This document shows positions 25,126-39,900 of a stretch of DNA of 64,000 bases, piece by piece; the stretch's first letter is position 1; each line of letters begins with the position of its first letter. A model generated the notes under the pieces. That model was given only the letters and a program-made list of their open reading frames with translations. It had not been told where the DNA came from and did no database searches. Position numbers and translations under genes: made by a program. This stretch comes from Phyllosticta citribraziliensis (Eukaryota): NCBI RefSeq assembly GCF_038025025.1, contig NW_027117347.1, positions 620,001 to 684,000 of the forward strand, given 5' to 3'.

Positions 25126-27712
25126 CTAGCTTGGGTCCGGGGATTCTGGGGGTGATTCGGGTGAGGTGTTGGAATGGAGGATTTGAGGGGGGAGAGGATA
25201 GGGAAACGGGGAGAAGTGTGCCTGGCGCGTGGGGGATGGCGTTGGTTCGAGGCGTTGGTTGAGTCGAAGGAGTTGCAAGTGGTTGGGTTGATGAATGATG
25301 AAGACCGATGGGGATCGGCGTGGATGAGCTTCTGGGGTCCAAGGTACGAGGGTTCGGTACAATGTGATTGATTCCTCTCTGCTCATGCTTCCTCAAAGAT
25401 GGATGCCTGCGGCAAAAGTGGATTGACGGGCGGAAAGATGTCATGGTGTAGGCAACCAGTTTATCAGCTGTTTGATGCAACACGGACAGGACAGGGCAGC
25501 AGCGCGAAGCCTCGGTCAAGCACGGCGAACATGTCAGAATGTCACGGCCTGTAAAGGCGACCTCGTCTTCCCGTGAAGCTGAACGAAGGATCAGCCCCTG
25601 TTCCAGTTGCATCTCACGACTGGCGTGCATGTTGGACATGATGGGACTGCCGCCTTGCCCAATTCTGTGTGGTTAAACATGATTCGAACGGACAAGTTGA
25701 CTTGTTTGGCCTGTCTGGACGTCTCGATGATTGACAGGCCCAGGCGGTGGGATGGATTTGGGAACGCGGCGGAAGGCCGGTCGACACACTGGAAGAGAAC
25801 TAGACATGGCGTCTTCCTCGGCACGGCACTGTCTTCGGGGCTTGAAGAGAAAAAAAAATTTTTTAGAGGAAAAGGAAAAAAAAAAAGGTGCATGTCGAAG
25901 AGGCTCCCAGATCGCAATTCCCAGGCACGCTGCCAGCGTTGATCGACGCAGGGTCTGCGGGCAGCTAGGAGCATCCAGGTCAAGGGCCCCGTCCAGGTCA
26001 CAATTTTGGTTGCGAGTAGTAAACCCAGGGCAAATCTTTTGGGCAGAAGACAATGCAGAGGGACGAACGAGGGATGGCAAGAATCCAAAAGTGGAAATGG
26101 GCTAGCAGTGGTAGAGACGGACGTGCAGAGAGAGGACAAGTACGGCATAGCCTCTTGGAACGGGAGCGAGGGGTTTCGAGGAGATGAGGTGGATAAGTGA
26201 TGCCTCAGGTGCCGGGCGGGTGCTTTTGTTTCCTCTCGTGTCTCCAGGAGACGGTTGGCGGCGAAGGCTTCTGGAAGTGGGCGGCGGCGGTGGGATTTTG
26301 GGGAACGTGCGGCAAATGTTTGACCTACGACGCCGACGACGTTGTTAGCTACGGCGAGGAACGGGGCCTCTTGTAGCCCGCTGCGTCGCGCTGTAACGCA
26401 CGTCAAACAAGCGCAAGGTGGATGGCAGGTTTCATTGCCTGCCCTACACCTATGATCGACCTGTGAGAAGCGGGTCAAGGACGAGAGGGTGGGGATGGTG
26501 AGAGCCCGCCGGCAGAGGCAGGGCTGGCCGTAGAGCTGCGCGGTGAAGGACGCAACTGCAGGACAAGGAGATGGGCATGCATGCAGTTGGCAGCGGATGG
26601 GCTCATTGGGCCCGTCATTGGTGTTGGCGTCTGGGAGGTGTTGGCGTGGTTGTGGAGTGGTGTGGTGGTGAGGTGCATCCGGAGTGGTTAAAGGCGTGAG
26701 ACGGCGCGTGCGGCCAATGGCGGGTGCTCAGGGCAGCGCGGCGGCGGCACATCGATGCGGCGGATTGGCCTGCCCAAACCCCACCATATAACTCACGAGA
26801 GGCATGCAATAGCCTCCGTTACCACCCTCCTCTCCCTCGCCCTCCCGCCCGTCCATCAACTCCACCACCGCCTCTCCTCCTCCTCGCCGCTCCTCGCCGA
26901 CTCGCTCGCCCGCCGCGCTGGCCCGCCGCCGACTCCTCCGCTGTCTAGTCTCTAAGCGACCTCCTGGAACCCCCGCCAGCGTCTACCCCTGGTGCTGTCG
27001 TAGCGCCGCCCGGGTGAGTCCCGTCCTCCAAGACAACAACGAGAACGAGCGCTGACCAGCTGCTGCAAAAGCTCCCATCTCTCACTCCCGCCAACCCCGC
27101 CAGTCCTCCATCCGCTCGACCACACCACTCCTGCGCCGCCCGCCCGTAACCGCCGCAACGACTCTCTCTCCCACCTTCCTCACCCTCCCGTCTCCCCGCA
27201 CTACGCTCCCCGCTCTGCTCTCGAGAGACACGTCTTGGGCCTCCAACGCGCGAATCCCACGAGCAGTATCCGCCGGCGCAACCAAGACATAGAGCATACG
27301 GCGGCTCGGGCCATAGATTCTCGCTCTCCCGTGTCACCCACGGACGAGGGTCGCACCGCAATCTTGGGTAGGTCACATTGGCTTCGTTCACTGGCTGACG
27401 ACTCCACATTCAATCTCCATGCCCGTGGTTCATGCGCCGCAAGACCTGGGGGGCCCAGCGCTCTATTGCCAATATCTGCACCTGTCCCATGTTTCATTCG
27501 CTGTGCCGCATGGCCCAAGGTGATGTGAAGACAGACTCAACCTTTGGGTTCACAATAGAGACCATAGCTATGTAGCTACACCCATTGGTGTCTACGCTCG
27601 GGCCATGCTCCTCTTTATCAACTGCTGCTCTGCTGCTAGTTTCTTTGACCACTCCACCCTTTTTTTCTTGTTTCCGAATCCGTCTTTTTCAGCTCCTTGG
27701 CCCAACCGCTGA

Positions 27713-29061
<1,349 letters not shown>

Positions 29062-29589
29062 TGAATGGCCCTTGAATCACCTTGTCCAGAAAGATAGCCC
29101 GTTGCTCTACATGGATGGGACTGGACGTGATGGCTAGATGAATGGTGGGGTGTATCAGGCCCCGCAGACGACGCCCAATGACAGGAATCAACTGGGGTAC
29201 CACAGCCACAGCAGCAGCAGAGAAGCAGACAGATGAAAACTTTCGGATAAACTGGGGAATGGACACGAGCGGCATGGAATCTTGCGAGAAAATTGACTCA
29301 CCTTAAGGGCCTTTTGCCAAAACTGGAGCATCTGAATTGCTCCATCGTCACTTGCCCGCTGGTTTCGTCCGTGCCGCAGGTTACGGCACTTGCCTTTGCT
29401 CGGCTGTGTATACCCTTGACAATGCAAAACAGGAGCCAACCTTTGTTCTATGCGGTCCACTGGCTCAAACGTATCCATTCTTTTGCAATGACGCCGGTTC
29501 CCAATGTCTTGAGTGGTGATGCATACTCCATATCATACACTGCGCGTCAAGTCCTTGCGTCTCTGGGCCACGACGAGCCTCCATCCACC

Positions 29590-30235
29590 TTACTCGTCAC
29601 ATCTACCATCACGCCAGCCCGTCCGCCAGCGTTCTTCCCACTTGGAACATTCAAAGACGTCCTTGCCGAGCTTGACATTGACGGCGTTGTGCGCCTCGCA
29701 CATCCAGCGGCCAAACTCGTCGCGACTGCTCACGCGCGGCGCGTGCACCTTCATCCAGCCCTGGAAGTCGTCGGCGCACACCCAGCAGGGATACAGACTG
29801 GCGAAGCTGCGCAGAAAGCCCCGCGCATTGTCCTGTTGTGCCGGCGAGGGCGTCACCGGGTACGTCGCCGTGATGCTGTGCAGCAGGGTCCAGGTGCTGC
29901 GGCCGAGGGCTTCGACGTCGGGAGGGCAGTCGGGCGGCGGTTGGGGCTGAGAGACCGTGGTTGCGGCGGCGGTCGGAGAAGACGATGTCGTCGTGCCTTT
30001 GGTCTGCGCTTTGGTCATGGCGGCCCACGAGGCGAAGGACGTGCAGGAGCGGCAGCTGGCGGCATGGTTCAGCGTTAGAGAGGCTGAGCGTAGGTGGGTA
30101 CAAAGGTTGTTCGGCTTACGGCTTGCCGTCCGGGCCCAGCACGACGCCCTTGGGCAGCTTCTTGGGGCCGTCTCCCGCGGCAGTGGTGGTCGAGGCTGGC
30201 TGATCATCGTCTCTCCGGCCGGCGGTGTTGTCCAT
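29590..30235 (-). CDS. ERV1: Mitochondrial FAD-linked sulfhydryl oxidase Erv1/ALR; intron 30119-30056; alternative upstream ATG at 30346
   Basis: DGKP|CRSC shuttle disulfide, CPPDVEALGRSTWTLLH, YPCWVCA redox CxxC, CEAHNAVNVKLGK. Confidence 0.93.
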
Positions 30236-30633
30236 GGCGGCGGTGGTGGTGGTGGCGGCCTCTGGTTGCGCGGGCTCTCCGGTGTTCTTTTCGACGGCGC
30301 ACAGGAACCTCGAGAGGATGGGGACGTCGGCGAAGGTCAATGGCATGGATCCTAGTTTGGATTCCCCACGGCACTGCTCATTATTTGTCAGACGTTTTGC
30401 TCTGCCGTGCTCTACATGCTTCGAGGCGGGCCGTGCGCGCCGTGGTAGACGGAGCGGGCCCTGCCGAAGCGATCGAAGTCATAGCCGGTGCATCGCGCTG
30501 CAAGACGTGGACAACCGGCAATTATTTTTTGGGTCGTGTTCAAGCTCCAAACGCTTTCCAACGCGTCATCCCGCGGTTGTCCGCAACCCCACCGCCGTAC
30601 AAGACTTCGCTTTTTCTCCTTTCTCCCACCATC

Positions 30634-31623
30634 ATGAGCGCGACCTCCACGACTCCCGTACCGCCAAGCGCTGCCGCCGAACAAGTCCCTGTTCTCCTCC
30701 TCAAGACCAAATCAACTCCTGCCGACGGTTACCAAGACTTCTTCTCCGCCGCACGCAATGCCCGCTTCGACCCCATCTTCGTGCCCGTCCTGGAGCATCG
30801 CTTTCGCTCAGAAGCGCTGCAAGACCTGCGGCGTGACATAGTCAGCGGAGGTTTCAGCAACGACGCCTCGCGTGCCAAGTACGGCGCCATAATATTCACA
30901 TCGCAACGGGCAGTCGAGGCCTTTTCGCAAGTCGTCGCAGAGCTGCGGTCCGAGGCGGCAGAGCTGGACCTGGAAGACCTGCTCCCCGCGACATTGCCGC
31001 TGTACGTCGTCGGACCAGCCACTGCCCGTGGTCTGCGCGCGCTCAATCTCCGCTGTCCCATTGTCGGCGAGGAAAGCGGCAATGGCGAGGTGCTGGCGCA
31101 GTTGATCCTCGAACATTACAATGGACTGTCGAGCGCGGCCACGGCGGAAGGCAAGAGGCTTCCGATCCTGTTCTTGGTGGGTGAGCAGCGTAGAGACATC
31201 ATTCCCAAAACGCTGCAGTCTGCCGAGCTCCCCGAGCACCAGCGGTCGCGTGTCGACGAGGTGGTTGTGTACGAGACGGGCGAGATGCAGTCGTTCCGAG
31301 CAGACTTCACGGCGCTGGTGAAGCGGCATGAGGAGGCTGGGATCCGGCAGCAGTGGGTCGTCGTCTTCTCCCCGACCGGATGTAGAGCCATGTTGGAGAG
31401 CTTGGGGCTCGTGGATCGGGCGACAGGCAAGTTGACCAGGAGCTTAAGAGACGCGCCGACACGGACCTGGATCTCGACCATTGGCCCCACGACGAGAGAC
31501 TATCTGGTCAAGAACTTTGATTACGAGCCGGACGTTTGCTCCAAGAAGCCGAGCCCGGAAGGAGTGGGCAGTGCCATAGAAGAGTTTATGCAAAATAGAG
31601 CAGAGGCTTCTCAGTCGCTGTGA
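30634..31623 (+). CDS. HEM4: Uroporphyrinogen-III synthase
   Basis: VLLLKTKS, IIFTSQRAVEA, YVVGPATA, GNGEVLA, FLVGEQRRDIIP, VVVFSPTG, IGPTT. Confidence 0.9.
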   Translation: MSATSTTPVPPSAAAEQVPVLLLKTKSTPADGYQDFFSAARNARFDPIFVPVLEHRFRSEALQDLRRDIVSGGFSNDASRAKYGAIIFTSQRAVEAFSQVVAELRSEAAELDLEDLLPATLPLYVVGPATARGLRALNLRCPIVGEESGNGEVLAQLILEHYNGLSSAATAEGKRLPILFLVGEQRRDIIPKTLQSAELPEHQRSRVDEVVVYETGEMQSFRADFTALVKRHEEAGIRQQWVVVFSPTGCRAMLESLGLVDRATGKLTRSLRDAPTRTWISTIGPTTRDYLVKNFDYEPDVCSKKPSPEGVGSAIEEFMQNRAEASQSL

Positions 31624-32095
31624 GCGGCGATTGACGCTAAAATCCAACACATCCTCTGGTGGCCGTCTGTTTCCTGTTCCTGGACGCGCACTGCCTCACT
31701 CTGATTTAGTCAATGGGTTGTGGTTCACTTCTCAATGGCCCAGCATTGGATCTTTTTGTCTGCGTGACTGCGGCAACGTGCATCATGCCTCGATCTGTAC
31801 TTTCCCGATGGAGGTGGTCGCAGTGTTCACTGTGGACCTAACCATGGAGTCGAGTTGCACTGGAACGCGTGCATGACGTCAGCGCGATGAAGCTTAAAGA
31901 GACGCGTCCCAACTCTCCTTCAACCTCTCCCCGTCACAAAGCCCACTCTTCCTCCTCCAAACAACACACTCTCAGCTTCGTCTGTATCTATCATTCGATT
32001 TCTTTCCACAGGCTCCTACGTTCGAGTCATTCTGCCCAACTCGCATACAAGACATCTCGCAATCACTTCACTACGACAGCAGAGCAAGAATCACC

Positions 32096-33335
32096 ATGGC
32101 AGACGGAAAAGCGACCGAGCCTGTGTCGAGCCAGAACGGCAACGGCACGCACAAGCCGCAAGACGAGACGTCGCCTCAGGGCACGAAGCGCAAGGCTGAC
32201 CCTACTTCCCAGACCAAGGGTGCGCCTTCTGAGGATGCGGCTCCTGAGAAGAAGCAAAAGACTCTCGACGACGACGTCGAGGTGAAGAAGCCAGCCGAAG
32301 AAGCCGACACTGCAGATGGAAATGGCGTCGACGCTGAGGAACAGCCGGATGCAAAGCTCGACGGTGAGAATGGCGAGCAGAGTGAGAGCAAAGAAGGTAA
32401 AAAATCCGCCAATGCTCACCTCGGATTGCGCCGCTGACACTGCTTCAGATAACGCCGTTGTGGAGTCATCCGACCGCGAGAAGAAGCAGCCTTCCAACAT
32501 CCTCGAAAAGGGCATCATCTACTTCTTCACTCGCAGCCGAGTTGGTGTCGATGACGCCGAGAGCCCTGATGATCTCCAGCGTTCTTATTTCGTTCTTCGC
32601 CCTCTTCCCAAGGGAGCGAAGCTGACTGACGGCGCCATCGAAGACACCGACAACAATCGGCTCTTCGCCCTGCCCAAGAAAGTGCTGCCAAAGAGCCCCA
32701 ACGACAGATTCATGGCCTTTGTCGAAAAGGCCAACGCCAGCATGAAGCAACTCAAAGACGAGTTCTTCGCCGGCTCTTCTCACGAGACCAAGACTCGCGG
32801 CACGCAGCACCAATCGCCCATGACTCCGCTGGGCGAAGGCGTCTACGCCATCACCGAGACCAGCGGCCGCAGCGGCCACCTCGCCTACATGCTTACCATC
32901 CCGCAAGAGCTCGGCGAAGTGCAGCACGAGATGGGCATCCGCAACAAGGGCAGCTTCGCCGTCAGCGTCAAGAACCCGACGCGCAAGGGCCCCGCCAACG
33001 CCAGCCTGCCGCAGACCCCCGACTTCCCGCAAGAGCTCCTCGACGAGTTCCGCGGCCTGGCCTGGGTCCCCGTGCAGCCCAAGTTCTTGGACTACGCCAA
33101 CGCGCAGATTCTGCTGATTGGCGAGGGCAACGCGGCGGACGACCATGTCGGCAAGGCGCTCGATCCGACGCGCAAGGACCAGAAGAATGGCGATAAGGAG
33201 ACGCCTGCTGAGGAGCTGGAGAAGCTCGAGCATGAGGACGAGCTGCGTGTTCAGCACTTGCATGGCGACGATACCGTCTTTGACGACTTGAAGCTGAACT
33301 TGGATGAGTATCCCAAGGTGCCGACGACGTGGTGA
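32096..33335 (+). CDS. Conserved fungal protein of unknown function with an acidic low-complexity N-terminus; intron 32397-32448
   Basis: Phase-1 intron joins ORFs 32096 and 32316; strong codon bias; globular core ILEKGIIYFF...HLAYMLTIP...SVKNP...FLDYANAQILLIGE. Confidence 0.85.
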
Positions 33336-33454
33336 TGAGACGGGCGGCAAGCCAACTTTTCCACGGCGTATGTGGGCGAAGTGAGTTGCGTGAACGGACG
33401 GGTGGATTGGTCGACAGACGGGCGCTGAGCGGAGTGGAGTTGTTGGATGAGTCA

Positions 33455-33458
<4 letters not shown>

Positions 33459-33488
<30 letters not shown>
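33459..33488. repeat. (TC)15 microsatellite
   Basis: Read directly from the sequence. Confidence 0.9.
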
Positions 33489-33495
<7 letters not shown>

Positions 33496-35317
33496 CTCTC
33501 CTTCTCGCATTCTTGCTTGCTTCTTTACTTGCTTACACCGGCGCCGCCTCCTTTTCCTCTAACCTCTCGCCTCCTTGCCCGGGACCAACAATCATGCGCC
33601 GCTCAACAAATCCCGTCAGGCGGAACCACTGGCTCTCCACGTGGATATGGCTGGCTGACTGGATGGATGAAGGAATGAGTGGCTGGACAGCACTGGCGGC
33701 GCAAAAAGATTCAAACCCTACAAACGTAGATAGGCACGTACATGTAGCTAGACGAGTGGTTATGAAGAACCAAATCACAATCTCATCTGGCAGTACGCCA
33801 CATCGTGCCCTCTACCCATCATTTTTTTGCTTGCTTCGTTGCTTGCTTAGTCGCTTGTTTGCCTCAGCGCGAGGAGGTGGTCAGTCTACCTACGTCCGTT
33901 GACGGCGCGGCGACAGGACACGACTGGACCCGATATCGGCCTCCCTTCCTTGGCTCCTTGCATCCTCCTCTTCTTCCCAGCTCCCTAGTGTCGTTCTGCC
34001 ATCTCTGGGAAGCGGCCTATCTGCACCCACCGCTTTGCTTGTGGGGTGTCTGTGGATCTAGAGGAGTTGTCATGTGGGTAAGTGGAGGAAGCCAAGGCAC
34101 TGGGCGGCGAGCAAGCTCGACTTTGGCTGCTCTGTCGGGAATCACGATGGTACGGGAGAGCAGATGCCGAGCCAGATGGACATGCACATTCGTGTCGGAG
34201 TGTACTTCGCCGTTGTTTAGGTGGACTCGATAGCGAACGCCAGAGGCCTCTCCGATCAGGAAGCAAGCAAGTGGCAAAGTACGTCAGATACAGTACAAGC
34301 GCCAAGTAAGAAAGCAGACCCGAGACCCGGCACAGGTGGCCGGTTATCCAGACAGGCTGGGCTGGTGGCCTGCAAGATGTGGCAGGCGACAAGGCAACAG
34401 GCTAGAAGCCACCAGCCGACACAATCAGTGAAGCCCGATAGAGGCGCTGCAGACTTGAAAGGTGGATACAACGTCGCAAGACAGGCCAACAACGCCGAAG
34501 ACACGCGAGCAGTAATGCAGCAGCTAGAATGTCAGTCTCCGTGAAAGGTGCAAAAGGCCAGACAGGCAGCGAGCAAGCTTCTTTGCATTCTTGGTAGTTG
34601 GATGATTGGGTGTGACTTGCAAAGAGTAGCAGTAGTGGTTCGCTGAAGACGGAAAGACAAAAAGAAAAGAGGAGAGAGAAGTGTGAGTGAGAGACAGAGA
34701 GGAGCCGCGGCCATCCCCCCAAAAAGAAAAGGGGGGGCTCTTTTTCATTTCCGAGGAAAGCAGCCCGGGGAATAATTCCGTAGTCTCGAAAAACAAGTTT
34801 CCATATCCCATTCCCTTCAGAGTGTGATATCAATCACAACCAGAGCTCATCGAGGACCGTGTTCATGGCCTTTTTATGCATGAACCGCCTGAGCCTGTTG
34901 AGAACCCTTCAACGCCGACCAAGTAAATCGTGTAAAAAGCCTTTGAGCAGAATCCCAACCCGAGCCTTGCTTCGAAAGCTTGGGCCGCTGCTGCTGTTGC
35001 TGCTGCTGCTGAAGGCGAGTTTTCCGTCCGCCGCCGTTGTTGGCGGAAGGCGGCTGCACCCCAGAACGTCGTCGGCTGGAGGAGCCCGACGATGCGCCAG
35101 AAGAAAATGATGATGCCGAACTATTAGAAGAGCGACGGAGTGCTGCGAGGAGCGCCGAGGCGCCGCGCTGCACGTCGCGTTCGTCGCCGTTGAATCGTAC
35201 AGTGTGAGACATGGGCCTCTTCGTCCTCGTACGCGTGAGATCCACAGGTTCCTGCGCAAATATTGTCTGGGGTGCCTGGCTATCGCAAGAATTTGTTCCC
35301 GTGGATCTCGCCTCATG

Positions 35318-35933
35318 CTACTCGATACCGTGTTCGCGCTTGGCAGCATCTAACTTTTGCTGGCGGGCCTCGAGACTCTCTTCTCTCCGGTTCATCTTTT
35401 CTGGCTGGTGATATAGTACTGGAGATGAGATGAGTAATGGGCTTTGCGAGCTTTGAGTTGAAAAATGACGTACCCACGAGGTAGCGGTTCTGGAAGTTGA
35501 AGCCGTTTAGCTTATCGCACGCCTGCTTGGCGTCCATTACGTCCTCATAGACAACGAATGCAGTTCCCTTGGTGTTGTTCGCAATGCCCTGGCGAATTTG
35601 ACTATGCCGCAATGGTCAGCACCGCGTCATGGAGATGTAAGGGCGCATGTGTCGAGCGAGATTGCGACATACCGAACAGGACCGAACTTGCCGAACAGGT
35701 CGAAGAGCTCCTCGGGGGAGACGTTGTAGCTGGTGGCGGGGTCAGCATTGACAGACTTGGACGGGCCTCGCGGGGGCGCCAAAAGTACCTCAGGTTTTTC
35801 ACGAAGAGAGCTCTGGGTGGACATGATGGTTAGCATGGTCTTGTGCTTGGAGTTGGAGGCGCGCGAGTAGCGAGTCAAGCCCCAGAGTGGCTCACCGGTT
35901 GACTTCGGGGGCAAGCTTTCCGCCGCGACTCAT
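35318..35933 (-). CDS. SF3B6: U2 snRNP branch-site protein p14 (SF3B6); exons 35933-35896, 35812-35789, 35729-35673, 35601-35474, 35418-35318
   Basis: Spliced [90 protein letters not shown] is the p14 RRM. Confidence 0.93.
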
Positions 35934-36949
35934 AGCTTGGCTAAAGTTGTAGTGGTGAGAGTGGTAATGGGCGCTGGAGAAAAGGTGGTACTCCGAAGAG
36001 TGGTGGATGTAAAGGATGTTGGCGGAGGATGCATGCGGAGCGATGGAGTGGGAACCGGGACAGCGCCAAGTCGTCACGTGTGAGGCTTGGCGGCCAGACG
36101 GACGGACTTGAGGTGGACGACTGCAGCAACGGTGACTCTTGCAGCAGAGCAATCAAGCCCTTCGCCGGCGTCTACGAAGACATCGATGTAGGGCTATGGA
36201 ATGCATACGATACTGTGGCATTGGAGGCTTCCATGACCCTGCTACCATGTGGAAGCGCCCGTGGTCTTCCCATACAAGTCAAGTCCACCTATTGCGACTT
36301 GGGCTGCGAAGAATCGCCAACCTGGGATATGAGTTGGTTGAGAGCCCGGCCAGCATCTCCTCGCCGAAGCGCTTGTATACATATTTCTACATAGGTAGTC
36401 GCACCGTCGTCGTGCAATCGAGGATTCGGTGGCGCAAGCATCGCTGCGCTGTGCTGCGCTGCGCTGCGCTGCGCCTGCAGAGGCTTGGAGCAGGCGCCGA
36501 ACTGAGCATCGATACATGGGTAAAAGTAGTTTGCAAGAAAAGTCGCAGTCCAACCGTATGCGAATGCTCTGCTGGTCATCCACTGGCTCTTTGTGTTGGT
36601 TGTGCTGGCCCAGCGCATGCGTTAGTCTTGTGTGTTCTGAGGGCGCGCTTTTGCGGTGCGGTCTACTCCTCCGCCAGCCGCTAGCTTGAGTACCTCTCTC
36701 ACCCACCATCCAACGTCGAGTTCCCCTCCACGCACCGCAGACCACGCCCTCGACAACGCACGCGGCCTGCCATCCGCCGAGCGCTGCTGCCATCTGTTCC
36801 AACCGGGAATGAGTGCTCAAAATCTCCAGCGCTCAACTCTGCCCGTCGGCGCGCCGTAGCCGGTGGTCCTCACACTTGCGGACCTCCGCGGTTCCCTTCA
36901 CCTCTACCGACTCCAACCACTCTGCCCCAGGACGGCTACCCGTGCCAAA

Positions 36950-39900
36950 ATGAAGCTTCGTAGCTTCAAACAAACTCCTTCCGACATTCCTCTCCCGCCG
37001 CGGACCCCTTCTCCAATCCACCACCTGATCGAACCTCTGACACCAACGTACCCCACCGCACACAAAGATGGACCACTGTCCGCCGCCCGCGATCCCAATG
37101 CTGCCGCCTCTGCTACCGCAATACACACTTCCACACTCGTCAATGGCCGAGGAGGTCAAGCCAAGGGATTGCAGAGGGGCCACAACAACATTGAAAGGGC
37201 TGCTCACCAGTCGCGTCATGCCCACACCAGACAGAATCGCGGTTCTTCTCACGGCTCCCCCATTGATGCGCTCGCAGATGTTGCGTCCTCGCTGGCATCG
37301 AGTCCAGTTTTTGCGCAGCCCGCTACCATAGCAATACAGCCACACGCCTCCCCGCGACCGACGACGCGCCCATTCGCCAACGGCTCGCGACACATACACA
37401 CAGCATCGGACGTTCAAGACTATCGTTATGTTCAGGCCCAGAATTATGGATACGCTCATGGAAACGACCTTGAGGAGCGACCATCCAAGCGCGCTCGTTC
37501 GGACGCCGGGAACTCCCATTTATTCCTTCAAGGCACAGCGAGACCTGCAACTAGCCATAACCCGAGCGGCAACTGGCCCAACGGCTTTGGCGAAAGTGTC
37601 TTTGGCGCAGGCCTCGCCCCGTATGCCTCACCATCGATCAATAATCTGGAGCTAGACGTTGCCCAAAGTTTGCTCCAGCTAAGGAGCAGCGGAAGTCTGG
37701 ATCAGTGTAGCAGCGCTCGAAAGTCGATGCCAGCACTCGACAACAACTCTTCTCGTGACGGTCTCGCCAACTGGCACCCAGCGTCCGTACACGGACTCGA
37801 TCCATCGATGCAAAGCTTTCGCCCAGATTCCGGTCTGATTGATGGACATCAGGCGAGACACCGCCATTCCATTGCCACCTACCAGCCAGAGCCCTTGCTG
37901 AAAGGTACAGACGCTATCGAAGCAACTCCCAGTTCGCAACCTCCTCCGAAAACGCAGACCCACACCCCGCCAGAAGACGTGCCTGATCTTGCCAATACAA
38001 ACAAGACCATCGAAAACCCTCCTCGGGCCGAGGGGAAAAAGGGGAAGTCACATCAAGGTTGGCCCAAGGGAAAGCCGCGTGGTCCTCGCAACAAGGGGGC
38101 AACCAAGAAGACCGCAAAAGTCGCCAACAAGGTCACCGAACTCGCGGCAGTCCCGCCAAAAGAACAGGGAGTCGATCAGCTGCAATCTCCCCAAAGTCTC
38201 AATGAGGTCCCACCTGGCAGCGCCTCTACAGAAAGGAAAGAGGTTCCACCTCCAGAGCAGGATCAAGAGATCCCGCACCGGCCTGCTCCAGTTCAGGCGA
38301 CTACAAGTACGGCTAAGCGACGCAACTCCTTTCCTGATGGCCATGGCTCTGATACTGCGAACCCCACAAAGGATAAGCTGCCGCTGGACAGAGCCGCCTC
38401 TGTGCCACCTGATAACAGCATGCTCATAAAGGCTTCGTCTTCTGCGGAGCCAGAACAGCTTCCGCGACTGGCCCCGGCCCCTATCGAGGAAGAAGTCACA
38501 ATCTGCGCTGGATGCAACTTTTCACGAGGACCATCCACGGGCCAGAATGATCAATGGATCGGGTGCAACGGGTGTCAGGGTTGGTATCATTTCGCTTGCG
38601 CTGGGTTCAGGAACGCAAAAGAAGTAAGCAGCGTTGACAAGTTCTACTGTCGAACATGTAAGCCAAAGTTTGGCTCCACCACCTGTAAGTGCCACTTTCT
38701 GGATCACAGCCTATTGCTAACGAATGCAGTTGTCCGCAAATCTAAGCGCGCCCATACGGCGGTCGATTACGCTGGCCTTAACGAAGGCGTCCTCCGAACC
38801 TCTGAAGATGAGCACGAACACCACTACATCCAGCCGATCAAAGACGGAACGTTTACCTTTCAACCTGAGACCTTCCCTCGCATGCGTCCTGAACTTGTGA
38901 CTGCTGAACACTTTGAAAAGAGCGGTGGGTTTAAGGAGCCTATCGTCATACCCGCGTGTTGGAACCCACGACCGAAAGTACCTGGCACAGATACGGAGAT
39001 GGCCGACGCAGCACCTGCAGCTCAAGATGAGAAACATGACGGATTTTACGATGATGTGGAATATGAGACTGCGCCTGACGATGGACAAGATCTTCTCGAC
39101 ATGGTCATCCCGGCAGATCTCACGGTGCGCAAGGTTGCAGATCTATATGGCCCCGAAGAGAAAGTTGAAGTCATCGATGTCAAGTCTCAAGAAGGAGAAG
39201 ATAAGAGATGGAACATGGCCAAGTGGGCAGATTACTACGAAGACGAGGGCGAAAAGCCCGTCCGCAACGTCATCAGCTTGGAATTCTCCCACAGCAGACT
39301 CGGACGTCTGGTGCGAAGGCCAAAGGTCGTGCGCGATCTCGATCTGCAAGATGCGGTCTGGCCACAGGACGAGACTGCCAAGGGAAACTTTCCCAAGGTA
39401 CAGTTCTACTGTCTAATGTCAGTCGCCGACTGCTATACCGACTTCCACGTCGACTTTGGAGGCTCCTCAGTCTTCTACCACATCATCAAAGGAAAAAAGA
39501 CCTTCTTCTTCATTCCGCCGAAGAAGCAACACCTTAAGAAGTACGAGGAGTGGTGCTTGTCGCCGGCGCAAAATTTCACATTCCTTGCGCACGAAACGAA
39601 AGAATGCTATCGGGTCGATCTTTCTGAAGGCGACACGATGCTTATTCCATCTGGTTGGATTCACGCCGTCTGGACACCTGCCAACAGTCTTGTCATAGGT
39701 GGCAATTTCCTGACCCGCTTGAACTATGGCATGCAAATCCGGGTAGCCGAAGTGGAGAAGAATACAAAGGTCGCGAGAAAGTTCCGGTACCCCTCCTTCC
39801 AAAAGGTCCTTTGGTATGCAGTCCTCCATTACCTCCAGGACGATCCTCTGCCCCCATCCGTGTCCCAACAATTCAGCGAAGGAAAACAATTCTCCCGCAG

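Noticed and set aside
30094..30633. N-terminal extension of the 509-aa ORF (apparent HEM4 fusion)
   Set aside because: Non-ATG start overlapping ERV1 antisense; the likely start is ATG 30634
32466..33455. Long antisense ORFs here and at 22480-23313, 39467-40630 and 60292-61218
   Set aside because: Shadows of codon-biased sense genes
34874..35212. Ser/Gln-rich minus-strand ORF downstream of SF3B6
   Set aside because: Starts about 100 nt after the SF3B6 stop, is low complexity with a CAG repeat, and likely lies in the 3' UTR; cannot be supported without expression data
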